Below, piece by piece: positions 9,645 through 17,679 of a stretch of 64,000 bases of DNA. The translations under genes and the position numbers were made by a program. Below the pieces are notes generated by a model. That model had not been told where the DNA came from, did no database searches, and saw nothing but the letters and a program-made list of their open reading frames with translations. Within the stretch, counting starts at the first letter, position 1. Every line of letters starts with the position of its first letter. Origin of the DNA: Candidatus Moraniibacteriota bacterium (lineage in GTDB: Bacteria; Patescibacteriota; Minisyncoccia; Moranbacterales; GWC2-37-73); the NCBI GenBank assembly GCA_028715015.1, contig JAQTLF010000001.1:29243-93242 (forward strand), given 5' to 3'.

Positions 9645-9690
9645 AAAAAAGCCCCGAGCAGAACGCGTCTGTCGGGGCATTTGGTTTTTG
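9645..9690. terminator. bidirectional intrinsic terminator
   Basis: AAAAAA, GCCCCGAGCAGAACGCGTCTGTCGGGGC hairpin, TTTGGTTTTT; adjacent to a perfect 7-bp GC hairpin at 9696-9720. Confidence 0.6.
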
Positions 9691-10165
9691 GGCGACCCGC
9701 GGGGAACTTTCTCCCGCGGGCGCATTATTATAGCACATTTTTTTCAAAATTTTGCGGAGGCAGGGGATTTTCATCCGCTAGCCTTTCCGCGGTCAGATAT
9801 CAGTTATTGGATAGCATCCGCTTACGAAGTCCTCAGCCTCGTGCTGATGCATTCGCCGGCGACGGTTCTTGTCCCGCAGCAGGTTTCCATTTACCGGGCT
9901 GGCAATACAAGTTTGCCAGATTGGATTCAGGAACATCCAGGCGGGAAAGAGAAAATGAATTAGCATCATTCCTCCTCTTTGGCGAAAACAACTTCACTCT
10001 GAGGCGGCCCATTTTTTAGGGCGGCCGAGACCGGGGCGCTACTCGCGCTGGGTTATCCCAGGGATGTGGCCGGCGCCGGCAGGTCGGGCGATCAGGTCGT
10101 TCTTCTTGAAGTCGTCTATGTTTGTATCAAGGGTGTTACGGCTCCACGGCGGACTGTGATTCGAC
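9691..10165. ncRNA. GC-rich (~58% GC) non-coding island of unknown class; candidate structured RNA, strand unresolved
   Basis: ~475 bp with no credible ORF on either strand, embedded in a ~35% GC genome; many short GC helices; an intrinsic terminator is immediately adjacent at its low-coordinate end; the segment GGCGGACUGUGAUUCGACAUG resembles a tmRNA 5' end but no tRNA-like 3' domain was found. Confidence 0.3.
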
Positions 10166-10394
10166 ATGTTACACCTCCAGATTTAAAGTCACCATTCCAT
10201 TTTATTGGAAGGCGCTAACAGAAAAGTATTTACATTGTCTTTCAAAAAATTTCTTACAAAAATACCTTTCCCGTTAGTGCCTTCCAAACATATTGTCTTT
10301 TCCAAAGAGCTGTACACTATTTCAGTGTAAATTTGAGTATAGCGCACTTTTGCAATCCTGTCAAGGGTTAAAAGCTAAAATACCAATTTTTGGC

Positions 10395-10520
10395 TCAAAT
10401 AAAGTAAAATTTTAGCATAAATCTTAATATCAAAATCCAAATGTCAAATAAAATTCAAAAACCAAAATTTTTAAAAAGTATTTTAGAAATTGAGTCATTT
10501 ATTTAACATTTGTCATTGAG
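10395..10520. repeat. degenerate copy of the AT-rich inverted-repeat family (TTTGGATTTTGTCATTTGG motifs)
   Basis: shares the motifs aaaatccaaatgtcaaataaaat, gagtcatttatt and gtcattgagattttggattt with the repeats at 19606-19746 and 21381-21590. Confidence 0.5.
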
Positions 10521-10529
10521 ATTTTGGAT

Positions 10530-11522
10530 TTAGCGCATTATATACGCTGCCATTTCCACCAAGCGATTAGAATATCCCCACTCATTGTCATACCATCCCA
10601 CAATTTTGACTTGATTTCCCATGCTCATGGTCAAAGGCAGATCAACAATGGAAGAATGTGGATTCATTTTGTAGTCCATGGAAACCAGCTCTTTGGTGGT
10701 CGCATCCAAAATGCCATGCAGGCTTCCCTGAGACGCTTTGACAAAAGCCGCATTGATTTCTTCCACGCTTTTCGGAGTTTTCACTGACGCGATGAAATCA
10801 ACAATTGAAACAACCGGGGTTGGCACACGCAATGCGATTCCGTCCAGCTTGCCGTTGAGATGCGGCATCACCTTTCCCACTGTCTTGGCTGCACCTGTGG
10901 TGGTTGGAATGATTGAAAGAGCAGCAGCGCGAGCGCGACGCAAATCACGATGCGGCAAATCCAAAAGGTTTTGATCGTTGGTATATGAATGTGTGGTGGT
11001 CATGAACCCTTGCTCAACATCACAAAGATCATCCAAAACTTTGATCATCGGAGCCAAACAATTGGTAGTGCAAGATCCATTGGAAACAACCGCCTCGCCC
11101 TTGTACTCTTTTTCATTGACACCCAACAAATATACCGGCACGTCATCTTTTGGCGGCGCGGAAAGAACAACTTTTTTTGCTCCGGCAATGAGATGTTTTC
11201 CAGCCGAAACATTGTCCAAAAAAATTCCCGTGCAATCCAAAACAACATCCACCCCGAGTTTGGCCCAAGGCAAATTCGCAGGATCCTTTTCGGAAAAATA
11301 TTTCACCGGTTTTCCGTCAATGATGATCTCATTGTTTTCTTTGTCAACGACAACTTCCCTGCCATACACTCCATAGGAAGAATCGTATTTGAGCAGATGC
11401 GCACTTGTCTCGATATCAGTCAAATCATTGACCGCCACGATTTCCATCTCTTCTTTTTCAAAAACTATTTTCAGTGATGGTCTGCCAATGCGACCAAAAC
11501 CATTGATTGCAACTTTAAGCAT
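10530..11522 (-). CDS. gap: glyceraldehyde-3-phosphate dehydrogenase (start refined to MLKVAINGFGRIGR)
   Basis: NAD-binding GFGRIGR motif and catalytic SNGSCTTNCLAP motif. Confidence 0.95.
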   Translation of the reverse strand: MLKVAINGFGRIGRPSLKIVFEKEEMEIVAVNDLTDIETSAHLLKYDSSYGVYGREVVVDKENNEIIIDGKPVKYFSEKDPANLPWAKLGVDVVLDCTGIFLDNVSAGKHLIAGAKKVVLSAPPKDDVPVYLLGVNEKEYKGEAVVSNGSCTTNCLAPMIKVLDDLCDVEQGFMTTTHSYTNDQNLLDLPHRDLRRARAAALSIIPTTTGAAKTVGKVMPHLNGKLDGIALRVPTPVVSIVDFIASVKTPKSVEEINAAFVKASQGSLHGILDATTKELVSMDYKMNPHSSIVDLPLTMSMGNQVKIVGWYDNEWGYSNRLVEMAAYIMR

Positions 11523-11567
11523 GCATGTAGCATGTATCATGTAGCATGTATCATGTATAAATGCACT
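11523..11567 (-). repeat. heptamer CATGTAG/CATGTAT tandem repeat abutting the gap start codon
   Basis: catgtagcatgtatcatgtagcatgtatcatg, period 7. Confidence 0.8.
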
Positions 11568-11622
11568 TAATGCGCCATCCTATACATAATACTTGATACA
11601 AGAATACTTTATACTTAATTTA

Positions 11623-11898
11623 TTAATTTCCTTCAATTTCCGTCAGATGCCAATGATTGCCTTGGATGGTTTTGATGTTGAATTTTGTTTTTTCCAAAAT
11701 GGTTCCCTTGGCGATGTTTTTGATTCCGAATTTCAAATTTTCAATGCTGATGTCTTCGACATGTTCATCAAGTCCGTCGTGCGCCAATGCGATCTGTCCG
11801 ATTTCAAGATTGACATGTTCGATCTGTGAAAGTTTCTCGCTCTTCACAATTTTCATGATGTCATCAACAATTTCCTTGGCCAACATAAAATCATGCAT
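11623..11898 (-). CDS. HypA-like hydrogenase maturation protein lacking the Zn-finger cysteines (tentative)
   Basis: about 92 aa; N-terminal MHDFMLAKEIVDDI and C-terminal IQGNHWHLTEIEG resemble HypA, but it has no CxxC pairs; adjacent to the [NiFe]-hydrogenase genes. Confidence 0.35.
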   Translation of the reverse strand: MHDFMLAKEIVDDIMKIVKSEKLSQIEHVNLEIGQIALAHDGLDEHVEDISIENLKFGIKNIAKGTILEKTKFNIKTIQGNHWHLTEIEGN

Positions 11899-11945
11899 GA
11901 GTTCATGTAACATGTAGCATATAGCATGTAGCATTTGAGACACGA
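11899..11945 (-). repeat. heptamer CATGTAA/CATGTAG/CATATAG repeat abutting the hypA-like start
   Basis: catgtaacatgtagcatatagcatgtagca, period 7. Confidence 0.75.
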
Positions 11946-11994
11946 AGTTCCCATCCGCATTTTTGTTATATGTTATATGTTGTATGTTATATGA

Positions 11995-13257
11995 TTAGTG
12001 TACCGCACAACTGATGCACGGATCATAGGCACGGATGAAAGCGCGCATTTTTCTTTCCATAGCTTTTTCATCTTTGCTCAGAATTCCTGGAATAAATGCC
12101 GCGATATCATCTTCCAAATGTGTCAAAAATTGGGCAGTCGGAGTGATGATGTTCACATTTTTGATATATCCTTTTTCGTCGATGTCAACCCAATAATACA
12201 AAGTTCCGCGTGGCGCCTCGACGGCGGCGGCTGCAGATCCTTCACGAACGACATATTCCTTAGTGATGGCATTTTCCAAATTTGCATGCGTCAACTCTTT
12301 CAATAATTGCAATGAATCCTCAACGCAATGGATCACCTCTGTCATTTGATACAGCACGTTGTGGAATGGATTGTAGTCAGGCATGTTGAAATTCAAGCTT
12401 TTCAAAAATTCCCGTGCGCCGTGACTGAGTTTTTCATGGTTGTTATTGACTCGTGCAATGGCTCCAACCATGTAGCTTGTTTTTCCATCATGCATGACGC
12501 GTTTGATGATTTCTTTCGGCCGTTGGAATTCATGGAAGTTTTCTTCGAATTTTTGCACATCCACATGCAATCCCTTGTTGGAAACGACATCTCCATCATA
12601 GATGGCATATTCCCCTTTTGTTTTCAGACAGACATATTCCGTGGGACGACTGAAATCAGGAGTTTTGATCGTGCGGAAAAAGGCCGCCAATTCCAAAGTG
12701 ATCGGAAGTGTTTCTTGAGCCTTTAAAATCAAACTTTTCAATTCATCTTGGGTGGGAACTTTTTTGAATCCTCCAACTTCATTGGTGAGCGGATGCACCA
12801 CGCGACCGCCAATGACCTTGATGATTTCCATGCCATATTCACGAATCTTCACCGCCATCTTTGTCTGTTCCGGATAGGCTTTCACCAGATCCATGTCATT
12901 TTCAATGTCCAAAAAATCTGCCAACGACAAAAAGAAAAGATGCAGCGCGTGTGAATGGATGAACTGGGCATGCTCCATGACCTTCCTGAGTTTTTCAGTT
13001 TCCGGACTTACCTCAATTTTCATGGCATTTTCAATGGCTTTGATTGCAGTCAGGTTGTGCACCACCGGACAAATGCCGCAAATTCTTTGCGCGATTGTCG
13101 GCATGTCTTTGTAGTGCCTTCCCACCAAGACGCCCTCGATAAGTCTGATTCCTTCCTGCACTTCAAATTTGGCAGATTTCACATCTCCCTTAATAACACT
13201 GGCCATAAAACCAGTGTGTCCTTCAATTTTTGCAATGTGATTTATTTTTATATTCAT
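11995..13257 (-). CDS. [NiFe]-hydrogenase large subunit (cytoplasmic group 3-like; start refined to MNIKINH)
   Basis: N-terminal RICGICPVVH (RxCGxCxxxH) and C-terminal DPCISCAVH (DPCxxCxxH) Ni-Fe ligand motifs. Confidence 0.9.
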   Translation of the reverse strand: MNIKINHIAKIEGHTGFMASVIKGDVKSAKFEVQEGIRLIEGVLVGRHYKDMPTIAQRICGICPVVHNLTAIKAIENAMKIEVSPETEKLRKVMEHAQFIHSHALHLFFLSLADFLDIENDMDLVKAYPEQTKMAVKIREYGMEIIKVIGGRVVHPLTNEVGGFKKVPTQDELKSLILKAQETLPITLELAAFFRTIKTPDFSRPTEYVCLKTKGEYAIYDGDVVSNKGLHVDVQKFEENFHEFQRPKEIIKRVMHDGKTSYMVGAIARVNNNHEKLSHGAREFLKSLNFNMPDYNPFHNVLYQMTEVIHCVEDSLQLLKELTHANLENAITKEYVVREGSAAAAVEAPRGTLYYWVDIDEKGYIKNVNIITPTAQFLTHLEDDIAAFIPGILSKDEKAMERKMRAFIRAYDPCISCAVH

Positions 13258-13292
13258 AATTTCATGTAGCATGCAACATGTATCATGTAACA
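13258..13292 (-). repeat. heptamer CATG repeat abutting the hydrogenase large-subunit start
   Basis: catgtagcatgcaacatgtatcatgtaac; creates a mini-ORF whose UGA overlaps the start (AUGA). Confidence 0.75.
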
Positions 13293-13337
13293 AGCACGGT
13301 TTTTTGAATTTTTGTTTTATGCTATATGTTATACGCT

Positions 13338-14129
13338 TTATGCAGCGTGGTCTTTTTCCCAATCTTCAACATCATCTTTTAATCCAAAAATTTCAGTCGT
13401 GTTTTCAAATTCGTCATCTGTCATCATTTGTTTCAAAGTCATTTTCATGGCTTTGACATTTCCTGTCGGACGGAGTCCTCGGCATCCTTGGCAGCCCATG
13501 CGCGCACTTGGGCACACAGCATCGCAACCTCCCAAAATCATCGGACCAAAACAAGGTTTTTTGTCCAACAACAAGCAGCGATTGCCTTTTTTCTTGCATT
13601 CCAAACAAACCGGACTGTCAGGAATTTCCGGAAGTTCGGTTCCCATCTTCACATTTGCCAGCAATATCGGAAAATATTTCAAAAATTCTTCTCCCGTGAT
13701 CGGACATCCAGGGAAAGTGAAATCAACTTTCACGAAATTGTCCACTTCCTGAATTTCCTCGTTTTCAATTCCTTGGATATATTTGTACACGTGCTTGATC
13801 GTCTGTTTTTGTTGTTGATAATTTTTGATCTCAGGAATTCCACCCATGGCTGCGCAGTTTCCAATCACCACCAAAAGCTTGCTTCTTCTGCGAAGTTCAA
13901 GCAAAGTTTTTTTATTGGCATCGGTGGCAGGATTTCCTTCCACAAAAGCGATGTCGATGCTTTCTCCGGCATCTTCTTCATCTTCCAAAAGCCTAAAATC
14001 AACCATTTCAACCTGACCCATCGCCTCCAGAAATCTTTCCCCCAAATCAAGCAAAGCAAACTGACAACCCTCACAGGAAGTCAAACTAACAATGGCAATT
14101 TTTGGTTTTTTTATTTCCAATTTTTCCAT
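13338..14129 (-). CDS. [NiFe]-hydrogenase small subunit (group 3 type, FeS-cluster protein)
   Basis: N-terminal IAIVSLTSCEGCQ proximal-cluster motif; C-terminal Cys clusters (CPITGEE; CLECKKKGNRC...CFGPMILGGCDAVCP). Confidence 0.85.
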   Translation of the reverse strand: MEKLEIKKPKIAIVSLTSCEGCQFALLDLGERFLEAMGQVEMVDFRLLEDEEDAGESIDIAFVEGNPATDANKKTLLELRRRSKLLVVIGNCAAMGGIPEIKNYQQQKQTIKHVYKYIQGIENEEIQEVDNFVKVDFTFPGCPITGEEFLKYFPILLANVKMGTELPEIPDSPVCLECKKKGNRCLLLDKKPCFGPMILGGCDAVCPSARMGCQGCRGLRPTGNVKAMKMTLKQMMTDDEFENTTEIFGLKDDVEDWEKDHAA

Positions 14130-14192
14130 AACTTTTAAATACTTTTATTTTTATTTTCACATCAATAAGGCTATTGTAACATATTTTTTGGA

Positions 14193-14224
14193 AATAAAAA
14201 ACAGGAATCTTTTCAGATTCCTGT
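14193..14224 (-). terminator. rho-independent terminator
   Basis: CAGGAATCttttcaGATTCCTG hairpin followed by T6 on the minus strand. Confidence 0.6.
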
Positions 14225-14227
14225 CTG

Positions 14228-14941
14228 TCATATTTCTCCCTTGGCAATTTTTAATGACCGCGGAAAATAATGCATGTCTTCAAAATCAATTCCGTTATCA
14301 CGGATCAATTTGCGTGTTTCGGAAAAAAGGCCTGAATGAAAATTTCCTCGCAACGTGTTTTCACTTTCTTTTTTTGAAGCTTTTTTCAAGACAAACCCAT
14401 AATGCACAAGCACCACATCATGAGGCTGCAAGTCATCCGAAAATGACAAGACATTGCGCATAGTAATAATGTTTTCGCCATCTTCATACACACCATGGAC
14501 ACGATCACCTTCGATACTCTCAATGCGCATAACCACAAGCATATGAGCAAAAAGAACTTTGCGAGCATAAATCATTCCCCAATCCTTACCATGTTCATTC
14601 AAAATTTCTGCCCATATTTTTTCCGCATGATGCTGACCGGAAAAAAAATGTATGATAGAGATTCCATCCACTGTCAGCCCGGAAACTTCCTTGATATGAG
14701 CATACACATCATACAAGGCATCTAATAAGCAAGAATCAGCATGTTCGGCATATTTCTTCTTCCATGCATTCATGGATTCAGAAAAACGAGCAAAATCAAT
14801 ATCGGTTTTCATTTCAGAAAACTTCTTCAAAATCAATTTGGCTTCCCGTCCACCATTGGTGGGAGAATCGGGACAACTACACATAACCAGATGAAGTATT
14901 TCCAGTCCGTCTGAGGTTATGAATTCTTTTTTAGTTAACAT
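14228..14941 (-). CDS. hypothetical protein with a C-terminal HypC-like domain that lacks the N-terminal Cys (novel fusion)
   Basis: residues ~140-200 (MRIESIEGDRV...DVVLVHYGFVL) resemble the HypC/HupF fold; the N-terminal ~135 aa are unassigned. Confidence 0.4.
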   Translation of the reverse strand: MLTKKEFITSDGLEILHLVMCSCPDSPTNGGREAKLILKKFSEMKTDIDFARFSESMNAWKKKYAEHADSCLLDALYDVYAHIKEVSGLTVDGISIIHFFSGQHHAEKIWAEILNEHGKDWGMIYARKVLFAHMLVVMRIESIEGDRVHGVYEDGENIITMRNVLSFSDDLQPHDVVLVHYGFVLKKASKKESENTLRGNFHSGLFSETRKLIRDNGIDFEDMHYFPRSLKIAKGEI

Positions 14942-14962
14942 AATTACGATCCCCCCTCTCTT

Positions 14963-15169
14963 TTAGTGATTTTTATCAAGCAAAGAAATAATTTCCATGG
15001 CTTCATCTTCTTCAAGTTTTTCCAAGATAATATTCTGTTGTGAAATAACAAAATCTCCGACAGCCAATTCTATCAGGGTTTTCAATTCTTGTCTATTGCC
15101 ATCATGATTCTCAACAACAACAGAATTTTCTTTTATTTCAATGACTTTTTTTGGCAAAGTTAGACACAT
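14963..15169 (-). CDS. hypC: hydrogenase assembly chaperone HypC/HupF
   Basis: 68 aa, MCLTLPKKVIEI N-terminus (MC[LI]xxP) and C-terminal VGDFVI. Confidence 0.8.
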   Translation of the reverse strand: MCLTLPKKVIEIKENSVVVENHDGNRQELKTLIELAVGDFVISQQNIILEKLEEDEAMEIISLLDKNH

Positions 15170-15259
15170 ACTTGCTTCGCAAAGTCTAAAGTTTCAAGTC
15201 TAAAGCTAAAAGCAACCTAAACTTTATAAACATTGCAACATTATAAACCTTATAACTAT

Positions 15260-16126
15260 CTAAATCCTTCCGGCACTGCCGAAACTTTGCATTTTTTGGA
15301 TGATTGCAAGCTTGGCAGCCTCGCGGGCATCGCCCAAGACCTTGCGGATGTCAAAAGTCACGCTTGTGCCATTGTTGCAAGCGGTTTTCATGAGATTGTT
15401 CATAAAAGCAACACGGGTGGCTGTGTCGACATTGAAACAGCATATTCCGCGCTTGATGACTTCTTGAACGCGATCATTTTCCCAGTCAGAAGCGCCATGC
15501 AAAACCAAAGGCACACTCACCACTTTTCTGATTTCCTCTAGGCGGGCATAATCAGGCACACTGCGTTCTTTGAAAAATCCATGCGCGTTGCCGATGGCCA
15601 CAGCCAAAGTGTCTATGCCTGTCTGCTCAACAAAAATTTTCGCTTCGGATGGCACTGTCATATATTTATCCCAAATAATGTCAGTCATGTCAGTCTCTCC
15701 GATGTATGGCACACTTCCCAACTCTCCTTGCACGGTGATGTTTTTGTCTTTGCAATATTCCACAACTTGCTTGGTCAACATGGTGTTGTCTTCAAGACTT
15801 TTGCGAGAACCGTCATACATGACAGAATTGAAACCGATGTTCACACAGCGCTGCACAGCCTCAATGCTTTTGCCATGATCCAAATGAATTCCCACTGGAA
15901 CTTCCGGAGCATAAAATTCGGCAATGTTTTTCACAATATTATACAAAGCTCGTCCTCCTGCGTATTCCATACTTTTTTCCGTGATCTGGACAATGACAGG
16001 CGACCGTGTTTCCTTGGCTGCTTCCAGAATTGCCTGGGTCATTTCCAAATTGAGGGTGTTGAAAGCACCGACAGCATAACCGCCCTCCTGAGCTTTGAGC
16101 ATAATTTCTTTGACTGATGTAACCAT
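15260..16126 (-). CDS. fba: fructose-bisphosphate aldolase, class II
   Basis: GYAVGAFN, HLDHG and VMYDGS motifs of class II FBA/tagatose-bisphosphate aldolase. Confidence 0.9.
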   Translation of the reverse strand: MVTSVKEIMLKAQEGGYAVGAFNTLNLEMTQAILEAAKETRSPVIVQITEKSMEYAGGRALYNIVKNIAEFYAPEVPVGIHLDHGKSIEAVQRCVNIGFNSVMYDGSRKSLEDNTMLTKQVVEYCKDKNITVQGELGSVPYIGETDMTDIIWDKYMTVPSEAKIFVEQTGIDTLAVAIGNAHGFFKERSVPDYARLEEIRKVVSVPLVLHGASDWENDRVQEVIKRGICCFNVDTATRVAFMNNLMKTACNNGTSVTFDIRKVLGDAREAAKLAIIQKMQSFGSAGRI

Positions 16127-16225
16127 AAAATTTTAAATTCTAAGTTATAAATTTTAAATCAATTTCAAATGATTCAATTTTAAATTTAGTAATTTTAATT
16201 TGATTTAAAATTAAAAATTTAAAAC

Positions 16226-16999
16226 TTAAAATTGATTTGCGTTTATTATTTCTGCGATTTTGATAAATTCATTGGGAATCAGACTCTCACGACCGACCAA
16301 GACTCCATCCATGCCTGCATCAGTGCAAACCTGTTTGGCACTGGCAGCTTTCACGCTTCCGCCATACAAAACTTTTATTTTTTCCGCCACGGTTATGCCA
16401 TAGGCATCAGCAAAGATTCTTTTCAGCAAAATCTTGACCTGCATGATTTCGTCACTTTTGGGAATCACATCGCTGCCGACAGCCCAAACCGGTTCATAGG
16501 CCACCACGATCGAAGCCGCCTTGGCTGATGAAATGTCAGCAAAACCCTCCACGATTTGTTCCGCAATCACCTGCGATTCATTTCCGGCTTCCCTGTCTTC
16601 TTTTGTTTCGCCAACGCAATAAATCGGAACCAAACCATTTTTCAAAGCATTTTTTATTTTTGCATTCGCATCAACATTTGTTTCGCTAAAATATTTTCTT
16701 CTTTCACTGTGACCCACGATCACATATTGCGCTCCCAAATTTTTCAACATCGCAGCTGAAATTTCCCCAGTGTAAGATCCCCTGTCTTCCCAAAAAATGT
16801 TTTGTCCGCCAATGGCGACATTCTTGGTTTTGTTTTTTTTGACAAAATTTTCCACATGCACTGCGGGCGGACAAAGCACGACATCCAGATCGGAAATCTT
16901 TGACTTTTTCAATTCTTTTTTGAAGGATTCAAGATATTGGTCACGTTCAGCAATCGTTAGCAGGTTCATTTTAAGATTGCCGATGATTATTTTTTGCAT
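16226..16999 (-). CDS. tpiA: triosephosphate isomerase
   Basis: IIGNLKMN, YVIVGHSERR and AYEPVWAVGS motifs. Confidence 0.95.
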   Translation of the reverse strand: MQKIIIGNLKMNLLTIAERDQYLESFKKELKKSKISDLDVVLCPPAVHVENFVKKNKTKNVAIGGQNIFWEDRGSYTGEISAAMLKNLGAQYVIVGHSERRKYFSETNVDANAKIKNALKNGLVPIYCVGETKEDREAGNESQVIAEQIVEGFADISSAKAASIVVAYEPVWAVGSDVIPKSDEIMQVKILLKRIFADAYGITVAEKIKVLYGGSVKAASAKQVCTDAGMDGVLVGRESLIPNEFIKIAEIINANQF

Positions 17000-17019
17000 A
17001 ATATTTTTGTGATTCCTTC

Positions 17020-17652
17020 TTAAATTGCAGCAGCCTCATTTTTCTTGATGTTCAAATGTCTTTTCACAAACCAGACAACTCCAACAAACAAGATGGCGCC
17101 TATCACCAAATCAAATTTATGGAAATATACTCCCAAAGTGTCCCAATTGTCTCCCAATTTCAAGCCCAAATATCCCAAAGCATAGGTCCATGGCAAAGAA
17201 CCCAAAAACGAATAGACCACGAATTTTGCAAAATTCATTTTGGCAATCCCGGCAGGAAGCGAAATGAATGTTCTCACGACAGGCAACAACCTTGAAAAAA
17301 ACACTGCACCAGATCCATATTTAAGAAAAAAACGGTCAGCAATGTCCAGATCATGTTTGGTTATCAAGAAATATTTTCCATATTTTTCAATAAAAGTCCG
17401 ACCGCCATAAACACCGACCCAATAGGCCAGCACGCTGCCGATGACACATCCGATCGCACCTGCCAATGCAATCCCCCAAAGAGTGAAACGCCCCTGAGAA
17501 ACCAAAAAGCCGGCAAAGGGCATGATTATTTCAGATGGAAGAGGAATACACATGCTTTCAATCGCCATCATGATGGCCACTCCGGCATATCCAAACATGG
17601 AAATCCCTCCGATAATAAACACTGCCAAAACACCAATAATTTGCGTAATCAT
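17020..17652 (-). CDS. DedA-family membrane protein
   Basis: 210 aa multi-TM protein with the DedA core (FFSRLLPVVRTFISLPAGIAKMNF). Confidence 0.8.
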   Translation of the reverse strand: MITQIIGVLAVFIIGGISMFGYAGVAIMMAIESMCIPLPSEIIMPFAGFLVSQGRFTLWGIALAGAIGCVIGSVLAYWVGVYGGRTFIEKYGKYFLITKHDLDIADRFFLKYGSGAVFFSRLLPVVRTFISLPAGIAKMNFAKFVVYSFLGSLPWTYALGYLGLKLGDNWDTLGVYFHKFDLVIGAILFVGVVWFVKRHLNIKKNEAAAI

Positions 17653-17679
17653 TTTTTTATCTTTACAGGTTAATGTTAT

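Noticed and set aside
9681-10019. ORFs of 112 and 91 aa inside the GC-rich island.
   Set aside because: They have low-complexity, Arg/Gly/Pro-biased composition with no start context or homology, which is a typical artefact of GC-rich non-coding DNA.
9691-10165. RNase P RNA or SRP RNA in the GC-rich island.
   Set aside because: The P4 consensus (GGAAAGUCCGG / ACAGAACCCGGCUUA) and the SRP domain IV motif (AGGUCAGGUCCGGAAGGAAGCAGC) are absent on both strands.
10140-10170. A tmRNA (ssrA) call based on GGCGGACUGUGAUUCGACAUG, which resembles the tmRNA 5' acceptor/D-loop.
   Set aside because: I found no T-arm (GGUUCGA-like), no complementary acceptor 3' strand with ACCA, and no plausible tag ORF ending in ALAA-like residues in either the standard or the permuted arrangement. 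It is kept only as a hypothesis inside the GC-island finding.
11523-11567. N-terminal protein extensions encoded by the CATG repeats (e.g. MIHATCMLKV-, CCMLHEIM-, MLHAICYMLHELM-).
   Set aside because: The repeat-encoded residues are Met/His/Cys-rich, non-conserved, and vary with repeat number; homologous proteins start at the downstream Met.
11623-11898. A confident HypA (nickel metallochaperone) assignment.
   Set aside because: The protein has none of the four Zn-finger cysteines and only terminal-segment resemblance; it is retained as HypA-like with low confidence.
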